The translations under genes were made by a program, and so were the position numbers. From a virus (lineage: Duplodnaviria; Heunggongvirae; Uroviricota; Caudoviricetes), in the IMG/VR virus record IMGVR_UViG_2740892440_000005, positions 1 through 40,270 of that record: 40,270 bases of DNA. One strand, written 5' to 3'. The notes beneath the pieces are model-generated. The model searched no databases. It saw only the letters and a list, made by a program, of their open reading frames with translations, and was not told the origin of the DNA. Of this stretch, positions 8,554-16,932 are shown one piece after another; position 1 is the stretch's first letter, and every line of letters starts with the position of its first letter.

Positions 8554-8853
8554 TCAAATAAGTGGTTTGCTGCCTAATTTCATTTTCTGGCGACCAACAC
8601 AAGTCACACCCATTTCACTGCGTGGCTTGCGGTAGTAAATACGGTTCTGTTTACGCTCGACTTCTTCTGCCTTCTTGCAGCGAAGGCTTCCGAGTGATGC
8701 TGCTTTATCTGCTCTGACGCAACCAGAGAGCTTTAGCGCAATCTTTCGCGCCAGTCGCTGTTCTTGCATTGCCTGTTCACGTTGAGCCTGTCTGCGTGCT
8801 CTGCGGCGATTTCTGGCGTTATCGTCAGCCAGATATGTAATGACTACTGTCAT
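8554..8853 (-). CDS. N: N-type transcription antiterminator (99 aa)
   Basis: N-terminal arginine-rich motif NARNRRRARRQAQREQA; first gene downstream of pL/nutL; GGAGG RBS. Confidence 0.7.
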   Translation of the reverse strand: MTVVITYLADDNARNRRRARRQAQREQAMQEQRLARKIALKLSGCVRADKAASLGSLRCKKAEEVERKQNRIYYRKPRSEMGVTCVGRQKMKLGSKPLI

Positions 8854-8960
8854 GTTGACCTCCGATGATTGACTTTGGCGGTGACGCGCCGGGTGCTTAT
8901 CTTCCGGTTTCCGTCGTGCAGCTGCACTTCACGTCACCCCAAAGCCAACTACTCTTTGGT

Positions 8961-9001
8961 TCCCGCATTTCGGCGGGACAATCCCATCAATGTTAAAGAG
9001 C
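8961..9001 (-). promoter_or_regulatory. nutL (boxB hairpin 8961-8978, boxA-like 8993-9001)
   Basis: On the minus strand boxB reads TCCCGC-CGAAAT-GCGGGA, identical to the nutR boxB; boxA-like GCTCTTTA lies upstream. Confidence 0.6.
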
Positions 9002-9047
9002 CTGCCAATCTGTTCCGTTTGGCTACCAGCGTCCTGCTGATGGCTAA

Positions 9048-9089
9048 AGAATACTGTAGGTATTTTATTGTGTAAATACCCAAGGTATT
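9048..9089 (-). promoter_or_regulatory. pL promoter with OL operators
   Basis: Minus-strand -35 TTTACA and -10 TATTCT with 17-bp spacer; operators AATAC-N5-GTATT at 9050-9064 and 9075-9089; weaker third site at 9120-9134. Confidence 0.55.
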
Positions 9090-9221
9090 TATTTTTGGTG
9101 AAATAATGATAAGCAAATGAATACAAAGGATATTTATTTTTTTCGGTGTCTGCTTGTTCAGTGCTTTTTATGCGGGATATGTGAAGTGGATCCCGATAGC
9201 TATTGCTGCCGGGATTATAGG

Positions 9222-9590
9222 TTAGTCAGCGAAGGTTAAGACGAGAATTACCTTAATGATGTCTGCTACAACAGACACGGCCATAGATAAACCAAAGACG
9301 ATCCAAGCCACAGTGATGTCTTCACTACCATCGTATAGAGTTCCGTAATCACTGGTGTAAGGCGTAAATGTAGCGCCTTGATACAATAGGTATAAGCTTG
9401 ATCCATAGAGGATAAATGCAGATATCCCTTGTATTGCTATGACAACTAGAATCATGAAACGAGCTGATCTATGCGCCCAAGCCTGGCTTATTTTTTCTGA
9501 TAGAGATTTCGCAATAAAAGCATGCGCTAAGCCGTAAATTGTTGAGATTGACAACATCCCCAAAAAGCTTGCTATAGCGGTTCCAACCAT
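9222..9590 (-). CDS. Small polytopic membrane protein (122 aa) immediately downstream of cI
   Basis: Hydrophobic translation with several predicted TM segments; 18-nt gap from cI stop, same strand, so likely co-transcribed in the lysogen. Confidence 0.6.
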   Translation of the reverse strand: MVGTAIASFLGMLSISTIYGLAHAFIAKSLSEKISQAWAHRSARFMILVVIAIQGISAFILYGSSLYLLYQGATFTPYTSDYGTLYDGSEDITVAWIVFGLSMAVSVVADIIKVILVLTFAD

Positions 9591-9608
9591 AAGCGCCCCC
9601 TTGCGTGA

Positions 9609-10325
9609 TCAAACCAGTCTGAGTTTTGTCTCAATTGCAACGCCTATAATCTTGCAGTTTCCATTGATTGGCACGAGAGGCCATGCAGGATTAAGTCCCT
9701 TGAGGTATTTATTTCCGCCGTCGATTATCAGCTTCTTGAATGTTGCTTCGTTAGAGTCAGAAAGTTTTGCTATGACCAAGCTGCCGTTGATCGCCTCCCT
9801 TCCGGTATCGAAAAGAACGAATGTTCCCTCTGGAATGCTTAACCCAACCGGTGCCGTCATTGAATCACCTTCCACTTTAAGCCAAAACGCATTACCTTGA
9901 ATATGCGCGTCAGACTCAAGCCAAACATCTATGTCTTTAATGGTGTATGGTTCGCATGCTTCACACCACGAGCCAGCCTGGATACTGCTTAACACCGGAT
10001 ACCTCTTTCCTGCTCTGTATTCCCCTGCATACCTTACGTTGGCATCGCTCTTAAGGCTTTCTGCCTGTTCTGCAACCTTGGCAGCAATTGACTGGCTAAA
10101 ATCAGCAATTGAGACTTGCAACAATCGTGCAAAACCAGATGCAACCTCAACGTTTAGCGCGTTTCTGCCATTAAGATAATGCCCTACCGCTCCTTGGGTG
10201 ATACCCAGTTCATCAGCGATTGAGTATTGGGTTATTCCCAATTCTTTCTTTTTTGACTCATACAAAGCCTTAAGCCGCTTAGCGTCTTCGAGCTGTTCTG
10301 TCGTCAGTGATTTTTTATTTTCCAT
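9609..10325 (-). CDS. cI: CI-type prophage repressor (238 aa), HTH plus S24 autopeptidase domain
   Basis: N-terminus LTTEQLEDAKRLKALYESKKKELGITQ and C-terminal EGDSMTAP...TFKKLI are closely lambda-cI-like. Confidence 0.9.
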   Translation of the reverse strand: MENKKSLTTEQLEDAKRLKALYESKKKELGITQYSIADELGITQGAVGHYLNGRNALNVEVASGFARLLQVSIADFSQSIAAKVAEQAESLKSDANVRYAGEYRAGKRYPVLSSIQAGSWCEACEPYTIKDIDVWLESDAHIQGNAFWLKVEGDSMTAPVGLSIPEGTFVLFDTGREAINGSLVIAKLSDSNEATFKKLIIDGGNKYLKGLNPAWPLVPINGNCKIIGVAIETKLRLV

Positions 10326-10336
10326 AGCTTAATTCT

Positions 10337-10402
10337 AATAGCTAAGGTACTTAAACTAAAAATACCCTGAGTATTGATTGCTTTGAATACCTGTAGTATT
10401 CT
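10337..10402. promoter_or_regulatory. OR operators with overlapping pR (and presumably pRM)
   Basis: Three sites AATAC-N5-GTATT at 10337-10351 (imperfect), 10361-10375, 10386-10400, spaced 24-25 bp; pR -35 TTGATT (10374-10379) and -10 TATTCT (10397-10402). Confidence 0.6.
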
Positions 10403-10431
10403 TTGTTCATGGTTAATAACGGAGAGTGCAT

Positions 10432-10626
10432 ATGATTCGAATGACACTTGCCGATTACGCCAAAATCCATGGACAGGCTAAAGCAGCCAGTGACTTTGGT
10501 GTAATCCAGTGCGCTATCAGCAAGGCCATTCTGGCAGGCCGTAACATCATGGTTACGGTAAAGCCTGATGGCAGTGTGATTGGAGAGGAAGTTCGTCCTT
10601 TCCCAAGCAACAAGAAAAACAAATAG
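10432..10626 (+). CDS. cro: Cro repressor (64 aa)
   Basis: [15 protein letters not shown]...PFPSNKK closely parallels lambda Cro; GGAGAG RBS 5 nt upstream of ATG. Confidence 0.9.
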   Translation: MIRMTLADYAKIHGQAKAASDFGVIQCAISKAILAGRNIMVTVKPDGSVIGEEVRPFPSNKKNK

Positions 10627-10632
10627 TAACAC

Positions 10633-10677
10633 CGCTCTTTAACAGTCATGGTCCTCATTCCCGCCGAAATGCGGGAA
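10633..10677 (+). promoter_or_regulatory. nutR (boxA CGCTCTTTA 10633-10641, boxB hairpin 10658-10677)
   Basis: boxA matches the consensus; boxB stem TTCCCGC/GCGGGAA with loop CGAAAT. Confidence 0.65.
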
Positions 10678-10734
10678 TACAACGCGCATAAGTTGATGCG
10701 CATAACTTCTTATTTGTTAAGGAAATACTTACAT

Positions 10735-11013
10735 ATGCAACTTACAAGTACTCGCAAGAAAGCGAATGCAATTACAAGCAACATCCTAAATCGAATTGCT
10801 GTACGTGGTCAGCGAAAGGTTGCCGACGCGTTAGGGATTAATGAATCGCAAATTTCGCGATGGAAAGACAGCTTCATCCCAAAAATGGGAATGCTTCTGG
10901 CTGTTCTTGAATGGGGTGTTGAAGACGAGGAGTTGGCGGAACTGGCTAAGAAAGTAGCCAGAATGCTGACAAAAGAAAAAGCCCCGAAAAACGGCGAATT
11001 CTTCGAGGCCTGA
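10735..11013 (+). CDS. cII: CII-type transcriptional activator (92 aa)
   Basis: ...ESQISRWKDSFIPKMGMLLAVLEWGV... closely matches lambda CII core; start chosen at ATG with AAGGA RBS. Confidence 0.8.
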   Translation: MQLTSTRKKANAITSNILNRIAVRGQRKVADALGINESQISRWKDSFIPKMGMLLAVLEWGVEDEELAELAKKVARMLTKEKAPKNGEFFEA

Positions 11014-11047
11014 TGTAGAAAGACTGGATCAATCCACAGGAGTAATT

Positions 11048-11209
11048 ATGACAAAACGTCGTAAGAAATACCAGGAAAAAGAAGAGATTCGACACCCTGA
11101 TTCACCTGAGGGATTAGTGGTAGCCGCAGCAAATAACAGGGCGTTCGCAGAGCGCCTTGTTGGTGTTTACAGACTAGCCAAAGCAGGAGTGAAACATGGG
11201 CGTCGTTAA
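11048..11209 (+). CDS. Small basic hypothetical protein (53 aa) between cII and the initiator gene
   Basis: Hand-translated (MTKRRKKYQEKEEIRHPDSPEG...); AGGAG RBS 5 nt upstream; overlaps the next gene start. Confidence 0.35.
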   Translation: MTKRRKKYQEKEEIRHPDSPEGLVVAAANNRAFAERLVGVYRLAKAGVKHGRR

Positions 11210-12026
11210 GTTAGCTGATTACAGGCCTCAACTGGAGGTCGTGGAGCATCGCGTGGCAGAACTCGAAGATGGCTACACTCGGACTGCAAACACACTGTTA
11301 GAAGCCGCCATGCTTTCTGGACTTACTCTACATCAGTTACTGATTGTTATGGCTGTGTGGCGCAAGACATACGGTTACAACAAAAAAATAGATTGGATCG
11401 GAAACGAACAGTTCGCTGAACTCACTGGCATGGCACCAACCAAATGCTCTACCGCCAAAAACGAGCTTATCAGAATGGGAGTTCTCATTCAGGTGGGGCG
11501 TCAAGTTGGTATGAATACAAACATTTCCGAGTGGAAAACGAAAGTTAACGGATTCGGTAAAACATTTACCAATTCGGTAAAACAAACCTTCACCAAATCG
11601 GTAAAAAGCAATTTACCGAATCAGTCAAACACAAAAGACAATATACAAAAGACAATAAATACAAATACCCCCTTACCCCCTAACGGGGGCGGCGATGGGC
11701 AGGTTAAACCTGAACGTCGCAAGGCAGAACGAATCGACTATGAATCCTTCCTGAACGCCTACAACACCGAAGTCGGTGACAGACTGCCACACGCTGTTGC
11801 GGTCAACGAGAAACGCAAACGCCGCCTGAAGAAAATCATCCCGCAACTGAAAACGCCAAACGTGGACGGTTTCAGAGCGTATGTCAGGGCGTTTGTGCAT
11901 CAGGCCAAGCCGTTTTACTTCGGAGACAACGACACGGGCTGGACGGCAGATTTTGATTACCTGCTGAGGGAAGACTCGTTAACGGGAGTTCGGGAAGGGA
12001 AGTTTGCAGACAGGGGGATTGCATGA
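11196..12026 (+). CDS. Replication initiator, lambda O / P22 gp18-type (276 aa)
   Basis: N-terminal domain [14 protein letters not shown]...[10 protein letters not shown] matches the O N-terminal domain; iterons are embedded in the gene. Confidence 0.8.
   Translation: MGVVKLADYRPQLEVVEHRVAELEDGYTRTANTLLEAAMLSGLTLHQLLIVMAVWRKTYGYNKKIDWIGNEQFAELTGMAPTKCSTAKNELIRMGVLIQVGRQVGMNTNISEWKTKVNGFGKTFTNSVKQTFTKSVKSNLPNQSNTKDNIQKTINTNTPLPPNGGGDGQVKPERRKAERIDYESFLNAYNTEVGDRLPHAVAVNEKRKRRLKKIIPQLKTPNVDGFRAYVRAFVHQAKPFYFGDNDTGWTADFDYLLREDSLTGVREGKFADRGIA
11553..11621. repeat. Origin iterons inside the initiator gene
   Basis: TTCGGTAAAACA at 11553 and 11573, ATCGGTAAAAAG at 11597, inverted TTTACCGAAT at 11612; followed by an A/T-rich tract at about 11625-11665. 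Confidence 0.65.
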
Positions 12027-13399
12027 GACAGGATATCGAAGCGAGCGTTATCGGTGGCCTGCTGATTGGTGGATTAACACCAACCGCCAGCGACGTTCTG
12101 GCAACGCTGGAGCCGGAAGCGTTTTCAATTCCGCTCTACCGGAAAGCCTTCGAGGTTATCCGCAAGCAGGCGAGAAACAGAAACCTAATCGACGCACTGA
12201 TGGTTGCCGAGGCGTGCGGAGATGAGCATTTCACGTCAATCCTGATGACCAGCAAAAACTGCCCGAGCGCCGCAAACCTGAAGGGATATGCCGGAATGGT
12301 CGCGGATAACTATCACCGCCGTCTGGTGCTGGAAATCATGGATGAAATGCGTGAACCAATTCAGAGCGGAACCATCGACGCATCGAGTCAGGCGATGGAT
12401 GAACTTGTAAAGCGTCTTTCAGCCATCAGAAAGCCCCGTGACGAGGTTAAACCTGTACGGTTAGGGGAAATCATTACTGACTACACTGACACGCTTGACA
12501 GGCGTCTGAGGAACGGAGAAGAGTCAGATACCCTGAAGACCGGAATCGAAGAACTTGATGCCATCACCGGAGGGATGAACGCGGAAGACCTGGTGATAAT
12601 CGCTGCTCGTCCTGGTATGGGGAAAACCGAGCTGGCGCTGAAGATTGCCGAAGGCGTTGCAAGCCGCGTTATTCCTGGTTCTGACGTCCGGCGCGGGGTA
12701 TTGATTTTCTCAATGGAAATGAGCGCATTGCAGATTGCAGAGCGAAGCATTGCCAACGCCGGGAGGATGTCGGTTAGCGTACTGCGAAATCCTGCATCGA
12801 TGGATGACGAAGGCTGGGCGCGTGTTGCTAACGGCATGAGTCAGCTTGCAGATTTGGATGTATGGGTAGTCGATGCCTCGCGGTTATCGGTCGAAGAAAT
12901 ACGCTCAATCGCAGAACGGCATAAACAGGAAAATCCAAACCTGTCTCTAATCATGGCGGATTATCTTGGCCTGATTGAGAAGCCGAAAGCAGACCGCAAC
13001 GACCTCGCAATTGCTCACATCTCCGGAAGCCTGAAGGCGATGGCGAAAGACCTGAAAACGCCTGTTATCTCCCTGAGTCAGCTTTCGCGCGATGTTGAGA
13101 AGCGACCAAACAAACGCCCGACAAACGCAGATTTGCGTGATTCAGGAAGCATTGAACAGGACGCAGACTCAATCATCATGCTCTATCGGGAAGCGGTATA
13201 TGACGAGAACAGTAGCGCCGCGCCATTTGCTGAAATCATCGTGACGAAAAACCGTTTTGGCTCACTTGGTACGGTTTACCAGCGGTTCTGCAACGGACAC
13301 TTTGTTGCATGTGACCAGGATGAAGCCAGACAGATTTGCACAGCATCAAATGCACCTGCTGCGCGTGGCAGACGATATGCACAAGGGGCTGACGTATGA
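12023..13399 (+). CDS. DnaB-family replicative helicase (458 aa)
   Basis: Walker [10 protein letters not shown], DnaB-like N- and C-terminal domains; ATGA overlap with the initiator gene. Confidence 0.9.
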   Translation: MRQDIEASVIGGLLIGGLTPTASDVLATLEPEAFSIPLYRKAFEVIRKQARNRNLIDALMVAEACGDEHFTSILMTSKNCPSAANLKGYAGMVADNYHRRLVLEIMDEMREPIQSGTIDASSQAMDELVKRLSAIRKPRDEVKPVRLGEIITDYTDTLDRRLRNGEESDTLKTGIEELDAITGGMNAEDLVIIAARPGMGKTELALKIAEGVASRVIPGSDVRRGVLIFSMEMSALQIAERSIANAGRMSVSVLRNPASMDDEGWARVANGMSQLADLDVWVVDASRLSVEEIRSIAERHKQENPNLSLIMADYLGLIEKPKADRNDLAIAHISGSLKAMAKDLKTPVISLSQLSRDVEKRPNKRPTNADLRDSGSIEQDADSIIMLYREAVYDENSSAAPFAEIIVTKNRFGSLGTVYQRFCNGHFVACDQDEARQICTASNAPAARGRRYAQGADV

Positions 13400-13424
13400 C
13401 CATCTACATCACTGAGCTAATAAC

Positions 13425-13456
13425 AGGCCTGCTGGTAATCGCAGGCCTTTTTATTT
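13425..13456 (+). terminator. Intrinsic terminator-like hairpin after the helicase gene
   Basis: Stem AGGCCTGC/GCAGGCCT, 8-nt loop, then TTTTTATTT. The same sequence could instead encode a 27-aa hydrophobic peptide (13396-13479). Confidence 0.45.
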
Positions 13457-13471
13457 GGGGGAGGGTAAATC

Positions 13472-13678
13472 GTGGTTGAGTTGATTTTTTCTGCATTGAG
13501 GATTCTCGGTGCTATGTGGATGGTGGCGACGTTCATTGTGGTTGCCAGCAGTTTTGTCCGGTTGGTAGGCGAAGGTAAAGACCTGGTTGGTGTGCTTTTC
13601 GGTAGCATTTTTCTGTGGGCGATTATCGGTGTTATGCCTGTTGTCGTAGCAAAAGTGGCGTGGCGTTTTGTGAGTTAA
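13472..13678 (+). CDS. Small hydrophobic membrane protein (68 aa), GTG start
   Basis: GGAGGG RBS 7 nt upstream of GTG; translation has two hydrophobic segments. Confidence 0.45.
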   Translation: MVELIFSALRILGAMWMVATFIVVASSFVRLVGEGKDLVGVLFGSIFLWAIIGVMPVVVAKVAWRFVS

Positions 13679-13690
13679 TCGGAGGTTAAT

Positions 13691-14107
13691 TTGAGCAAGT
13701 GCCAAAAGTGCAATAACACAGGAATGTGTGATAGCGGAGGTTCTACTCCTTGGGGAGAGCCGATTTTTATTGAATGTGACTGCCTTATGAAAGATGACGA
13801 AAGCAGATGCCAGTTTGAAGAGAGTTGGTTACGACGTGGGGGCGAATCTTCAGACCTTATCCGTTACCCTGAAAATCACCATGAAATTGGCAGTGGTGAT
13901 ATTGGTGGTCAATACGTGATGGACGATGTTCAAGGCCACTGGCAAACGTGGCAGGCATCGAGAGCAGCTATTGAAATTGAGCTGCAAAAGCCAAAGAAAG
14001 GCCCACTTCCCGGTGATTATCACATTGGCTATGACTCAGGTGCAGAATCACAATACGAAAGCGATGTAGAGGCCATCCGCGCTGCTGGAGTTAAAGTGAA
14101 GGAGTGA
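13691..14107 (+). CDS. Hypothetical protein with N-terminal Cys cluster (138 aa), TTG start
   Basis: GGAGG RBS 5 nt upstream of TTG; CQKCNN...ECDC zinc-ribbon-like motif. Confidence 0.45.
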   Translation: MSKCQKCNNTGMCDSGGSTPWGEPIFIECDCLMKDDESRCQFEESWLRRGGESSDLIRYPENHHEIGSGDIGGQYVMDDVQGHWQTWQASRAAIEIELQKPKKGPLPGDYHIGYDSGAESQYESDVEAIRAAGVKVKE

Positions 14108-14109
14108 GT

Positions 14110-14250
14110 ATGAGACCGAAGATACTAGGCTGGCACATCTCGATATCATGGCAGCCGAAAACCAAGTGGGGGTATTTCTCGTTTTGGCATGATGGACCCA
14201 TGAGAGCATTCTGGATAGGCCACATCGTAATAGAGTGGTGGTGGCGATGA
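14110..14250 (+). CDS. Small Trp-rich hypothetical peptide (46 aa)
   Basis: Hand-translated; AAGGAG RBS 5 nt upstream; stop overlaps ninB start. Confidence 0.3.
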   Translation: MRPKILGWHISISWQPKTKWGYFSFWHDGPMRAFWIGHIVIEWWWR

Positions 14251-14657
14251 AGCAGACAATCTTCCTTCGAAGTAAGCAACAACAGCAAGCCGCAATCAAC
14301 GCCATCCTCGCAACTCCTCTCGATAAAGACAAGCCAGTCACCATCCGCATTACTGACTACAAGCGCAACCTTGACCAGAACGCAAAATTTCACGCGATGC
14401 TGGCGGATATCGCACGTCAGGTTCAATGGTGCGGCAAATGGTTAAAACCGAAACAATGGAAGGTTTTGTTGATCAGCGGTCATGCAGTGGCAACAAAACA
14501 GGAAGCTGATGTTTTGCCCGGCCTTGAAGGTGAATACGTCAACATTCGCGAAAGCAGCGCGCAGATGAGTGTGAAGCGTATGGCAAGTCTGATTGAGTAC
14601 ACGACAGCATGGGCTATTGGTCAGGGTGTCAGATTTACCGACAGGAGGTACGAATGA
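14247..14657 (+). CDS. ninB: NinB / Orf-family recombination mediator (136 aa)
   Basis: ...[27 protein letters not shown]... matches lambda NinB core. Confidence 0.8.
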   Translation: MKQTIFLRSKQQQQAAINAILATPLDKDKPVTIRITDYKRNLDQNAKFHAMLADIARQVQWCGKWLKPKQWKVLLISGHAVATKQEADVLPGLEGEYVNIRESSAQMSVKRMASLIEYTTAWAIGQGVRFTDRRYE

Positions 14658-14830
14658 GACGACAGCGACGAAGTTTCACCGATATCATCTGCGAAAACTG
14701 CAAATACCTTCCAACGAAACGCTCAAGAAATAAACGCAAGCCAATCCCAAAAGAATCTGACGTAAAAACCTTCAACTACACGGCTCACCTGTGGGATATC
14801 CGGTGGCTAAGACATCGTGCGAGGAAATGA
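14654..14830 (+). CDS. ninE: NinE-like small protein (58 aa)
   Basis: [29 protein letters not shown]...; AGGAGG RBS; ATGA overlap with ninB; nin-region position. Confidence 0.5.
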   Translation: MRRQRRSFTDIICENCKYLPTKRSRNKRKPIPKESDVKTFNYTAHLWDIRWLRHRARK

Positions 14831-14832
14831 CA

Positions 14833-15207
14833 ATGGATTATTCACAGTTAAGTGATTTTGAAATTAACGTGGCGGTATTCGAAGCCATTCATAACGGATC
14901 ACCGGATTACAAAGAAGGTGAGAATGGCGATATGGTGTTTGTCTCATTTGAGGGAGACATTGTAAACGGAGACGCAGTTGAAGTAGAAGTTGAGCGCGGT
15001 TCCTTTAACCCATGCGCAAACCCAGCAGACGCATGGCCGATTATCATGGAAAACATGATCAGCGTATGTGCATACAAGCGAGCAAACCCTGGCATGAAAG
15101 CAGTGTCATGGTGGGAGGCTGATAGCTTTGGTGAGCATATTACTCTTGATGACAACCCTCTCCGCGCAGCCATGATTGTCTTTCTCATGATGCAGAGAAT
15201 CCAATAA
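14833..15207 (+). CDS. NinX-like (DUF2591-type) protein (124 aa)
   Basis: MDYSQLSDFEINVAVFEA... as recalled for NinX-family proteins; GAGGAAA RBS. Confidence 0.5.
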   Translation: MDYSQLSDFEINVAVFEAIHNGSPDYKEGENGDMVFVSFEGDIVNGDAVEVEVERGSFNPCANPADAWPIIMENMISVCAYKRANPGMKAVSWWEADSFGEHITLDDNPLRAAMIVFLMMQRIQ

Positions 15208-15383
15208 TGCTTAGCCCATCCCAATCCCTTCAATACCAGAAAGAAAGCGTCGAGCGAGCTTTAACGTGCGCTAACTGCGGTCAGAAGCTGCATGTGCTGG
15301 AAGTTCACGTGTGCTCCGATTGCTGCGCAGAACTGATGAGCGATCCGAATAGCTCAATGTACGAGGAAGAAGACGATGAATGA
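15207..15383 (+). CDS. ninF: NinF-like small Cys-containing protein (58 aa)
   Basis: Hand-translated MLSPSQSLQYQKESVERALTCANCGQKLHVLEVHVCSDCC..., resembling lambda NinF; TAATG overlap with upstream gene. Confidence 0.55.
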   Translation: MLSPSQSLQYQKESVERALTCANCGQKLHVLEVHVCSDCCAELMSDPNSSMYEEEDDE

Positions 15384-16098
15384 GTTAATAAATGGCAATG
15401 CCATCAAAATGACAAGCATTGAAATCGCTGAGTTGGTTGGTAAGCGTCATGACAATGTGAAACGTACCATCGAAACGCTGGCTAAAAATGGTGTTATCCG
15501 GCTTCCTCAAATTGAGGTTTCCGAAAGAATCAATAACTTAGGGTTCAATGTTCAGTACGAGCATTACGTCTTCGAAGGCGAACAAGGTAAGCGAGATAGT
15601 ATTGTTGTTGTTGCCCAGTTGTCGCCAGAGTTCACCGCTCGCCTTGTTGACCGTTGGCGAGAGCTTGAAGAAGCTGCGGTTAATATCCCAAAAACGCTAC
15701 CAGAAGCGTTGCGCCTTGCTGCTGACCTTGCTGAGCAGAAAATGCAACTGGAAAACCAGCTCGCAATTGCCGCACCTAAAGTTGAGTTTGCCGATCGCGT
15801 TGGCGAGGCCAGCGGAATTTTGATTGGAAACTTTGCAAAGGTTGTTGGAATTGGTCCAAACAAACTGTTTGCGTGGATGCGCGATCACAAAATCCTTATT
15901 GCTTCAGGTTCCCGGCGCAATGTACCAATGCAGGAATATATGGATCGCGGCTATTTCACCGTAAAAGAAACAGCGGTCAACACAAATCACGGAATACAGA
16001 TATCGTTCACCACAAAAATCACCGGGCGTGGCCAACAGTGGCTGACCAGAAAGCTGCTCGATAACGGAATGCTGAAAGTAACAGGGGAGGCTGCTTAA
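15376..16098 (+). CDS. Rha-family regulatory protein with C-terminal KilAC/antirepressor domain (240 aa)
   Basis: N-terminal Rha-like segment (TSIEIAELVGKRHDNVKRTIE) and C-terminal KilAC-like segment (GNFAKVVGIGPNKLFAWMRDHKIL). Confidence 0.75.
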   Translation: MNELINGNAIKMTSIEIAELVGKRHDNVKRTIETLAKNGVIRLPQIEVSERINNLGFNVQYEHYVFEGEQGKRDSIVVVAQLSPEFTARLVDRWRELEEAAVNIPKTLPEALRLAADLAEQKMQLENQLAIAAPKVEFADRVGEASGILIGNFAKVVGIGPNKLFAWMRDHKILIASGSRRNVPMQEYMDRGYFTVKETAVNTNHGIQISFTTKITGRGQQWLTRKLLDNGMLKVTGEAA

Positions 16099-16388
16099 TG
16101 GCTAATCTACGCAAAGAAGCGCGCGGCAGAGAATGCCAGGTACGTATTTACGGCGTATGCAATGGCAATCCTGAAACTACAGTTCTGGCACATTACCGGA
16201 TGGCTGGAATTTGCGGAACGGGGATGAAGCCTGACGACCTGATCGGCGCATGGGCTTGTAGCGACTGCCACGCGGAGATCGACCGACGCACCCATAACCT
16301 CGACAACAAAGACGCCAGACTTTACCACCTCGAAGGCGTGATCAGGACGCAGGCGATACTGCTGAAGGAGGGGAAGATTAAACCATGA
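16098..16388 (+). CDS. DUF1364 (YbcO-like) protein, putative nuclease (96 aa)
   Basis: MANLRKEARGRECQVRIYGVCNGNPETTVLAH...CSDCH matches my recollection of E. coli YbcO. Confidence 0.7.
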   Translation: MANLRKEARGRECQVRIYGVCNGNPETTVLAHYRMAGICGTGMKPDDLIGAWACSDCHAEIDRRTHNLDNKDARLYHLEGVIRTQAILLKEGKIKP

Positions 16389-16747
16389 ACGAATATCAGT
16401 TTGTGCTTCCATACCCGCCGTCGCTGAATACCTACTGGAGAAGACGGGGAAGCCAATACTACATCAGCGATAAAGGCCAGAAATACCGAAAAGACGTTCA
16501 GCAAATCATCCGCCAACTCAAGTTAGACATTTTCACCAAATCACGACTCCGTATCAAAGTCATCGCAGACGTTCCAGACTCCCGCCGCCGCGACCTCGAT
16601 AACATCCTGAAGGGTTTACTCGACTCCCTTATCCACGCCGGATTTGCGGAAGACGACGAGCAATTCGATGACATTCGCGTAATTCGTGGTGTGAAAGTAC
16701 CAGGCGGAAGGCTTGGAATAAAAATCACCGAACTGGAGAACGTATGA
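16385..16747 (+). CDS. rusA: RusA Holliday-junction resolvase (120 aa)
   Basis: ...DVPDSRRRDLDNILKGLLDSL... with the RusA catalytic Asp cluster. Confidence 0.85.
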   Translation: MNEYQFVLPYPPSLNTYWRRRGSQYYISDKGQKYRKDVQQIIRQLKLDIFTKSRLRIKVIADVPDSRRRDLDNILKGLLDSLIHAGFAEDDEQFDDIRVIRGVKVPGGRLGIKITELENV

Positions 16748-16932
16748 ACGCCACAATTCAAACGATACCAGAGCTTCTTATCCAGACACGAGGCAATCAG
16801 ACCGAAGTGGCAAGGATGCTTTCCTGTGCAAGAGGAACAGTGCTCAAGTACAACCGAGACAGCAAAGGCGAGCGTCACGTAATAGTTAACGGCGTCCTGA
16901 TGGTCACGCCAGGCAAAAAGGGAAGACGATGA
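16744..16932 (+). CDS. ninH: NinH-like protein (62 aa)
   Basis: ...GNQTEVARMLSCARGTVLKY... resembles lambda NinH. Confidence 0.6.
   Translation: MNATIQTIPELLIQTRGNQTEVARMLSCARGTVLKYNRDSKGERHVIVNGVLMVTPGKKGRR

Noticed and set aside
8929-9126. 65-aa minus-strand ORF spanning nutL/pL/OL
   Set aside because: It covers the operator and promoter region and has no RBS; regulatory DNA read as a chance ORF.
9191-9216. Hairpin ATCCCG...CGGGAT downstream of the membrane-protein gene as a terminator
   Set aside because: No T-run follows on the transcribed (minus) strand, so it is not a canonical intrinsic terminator.
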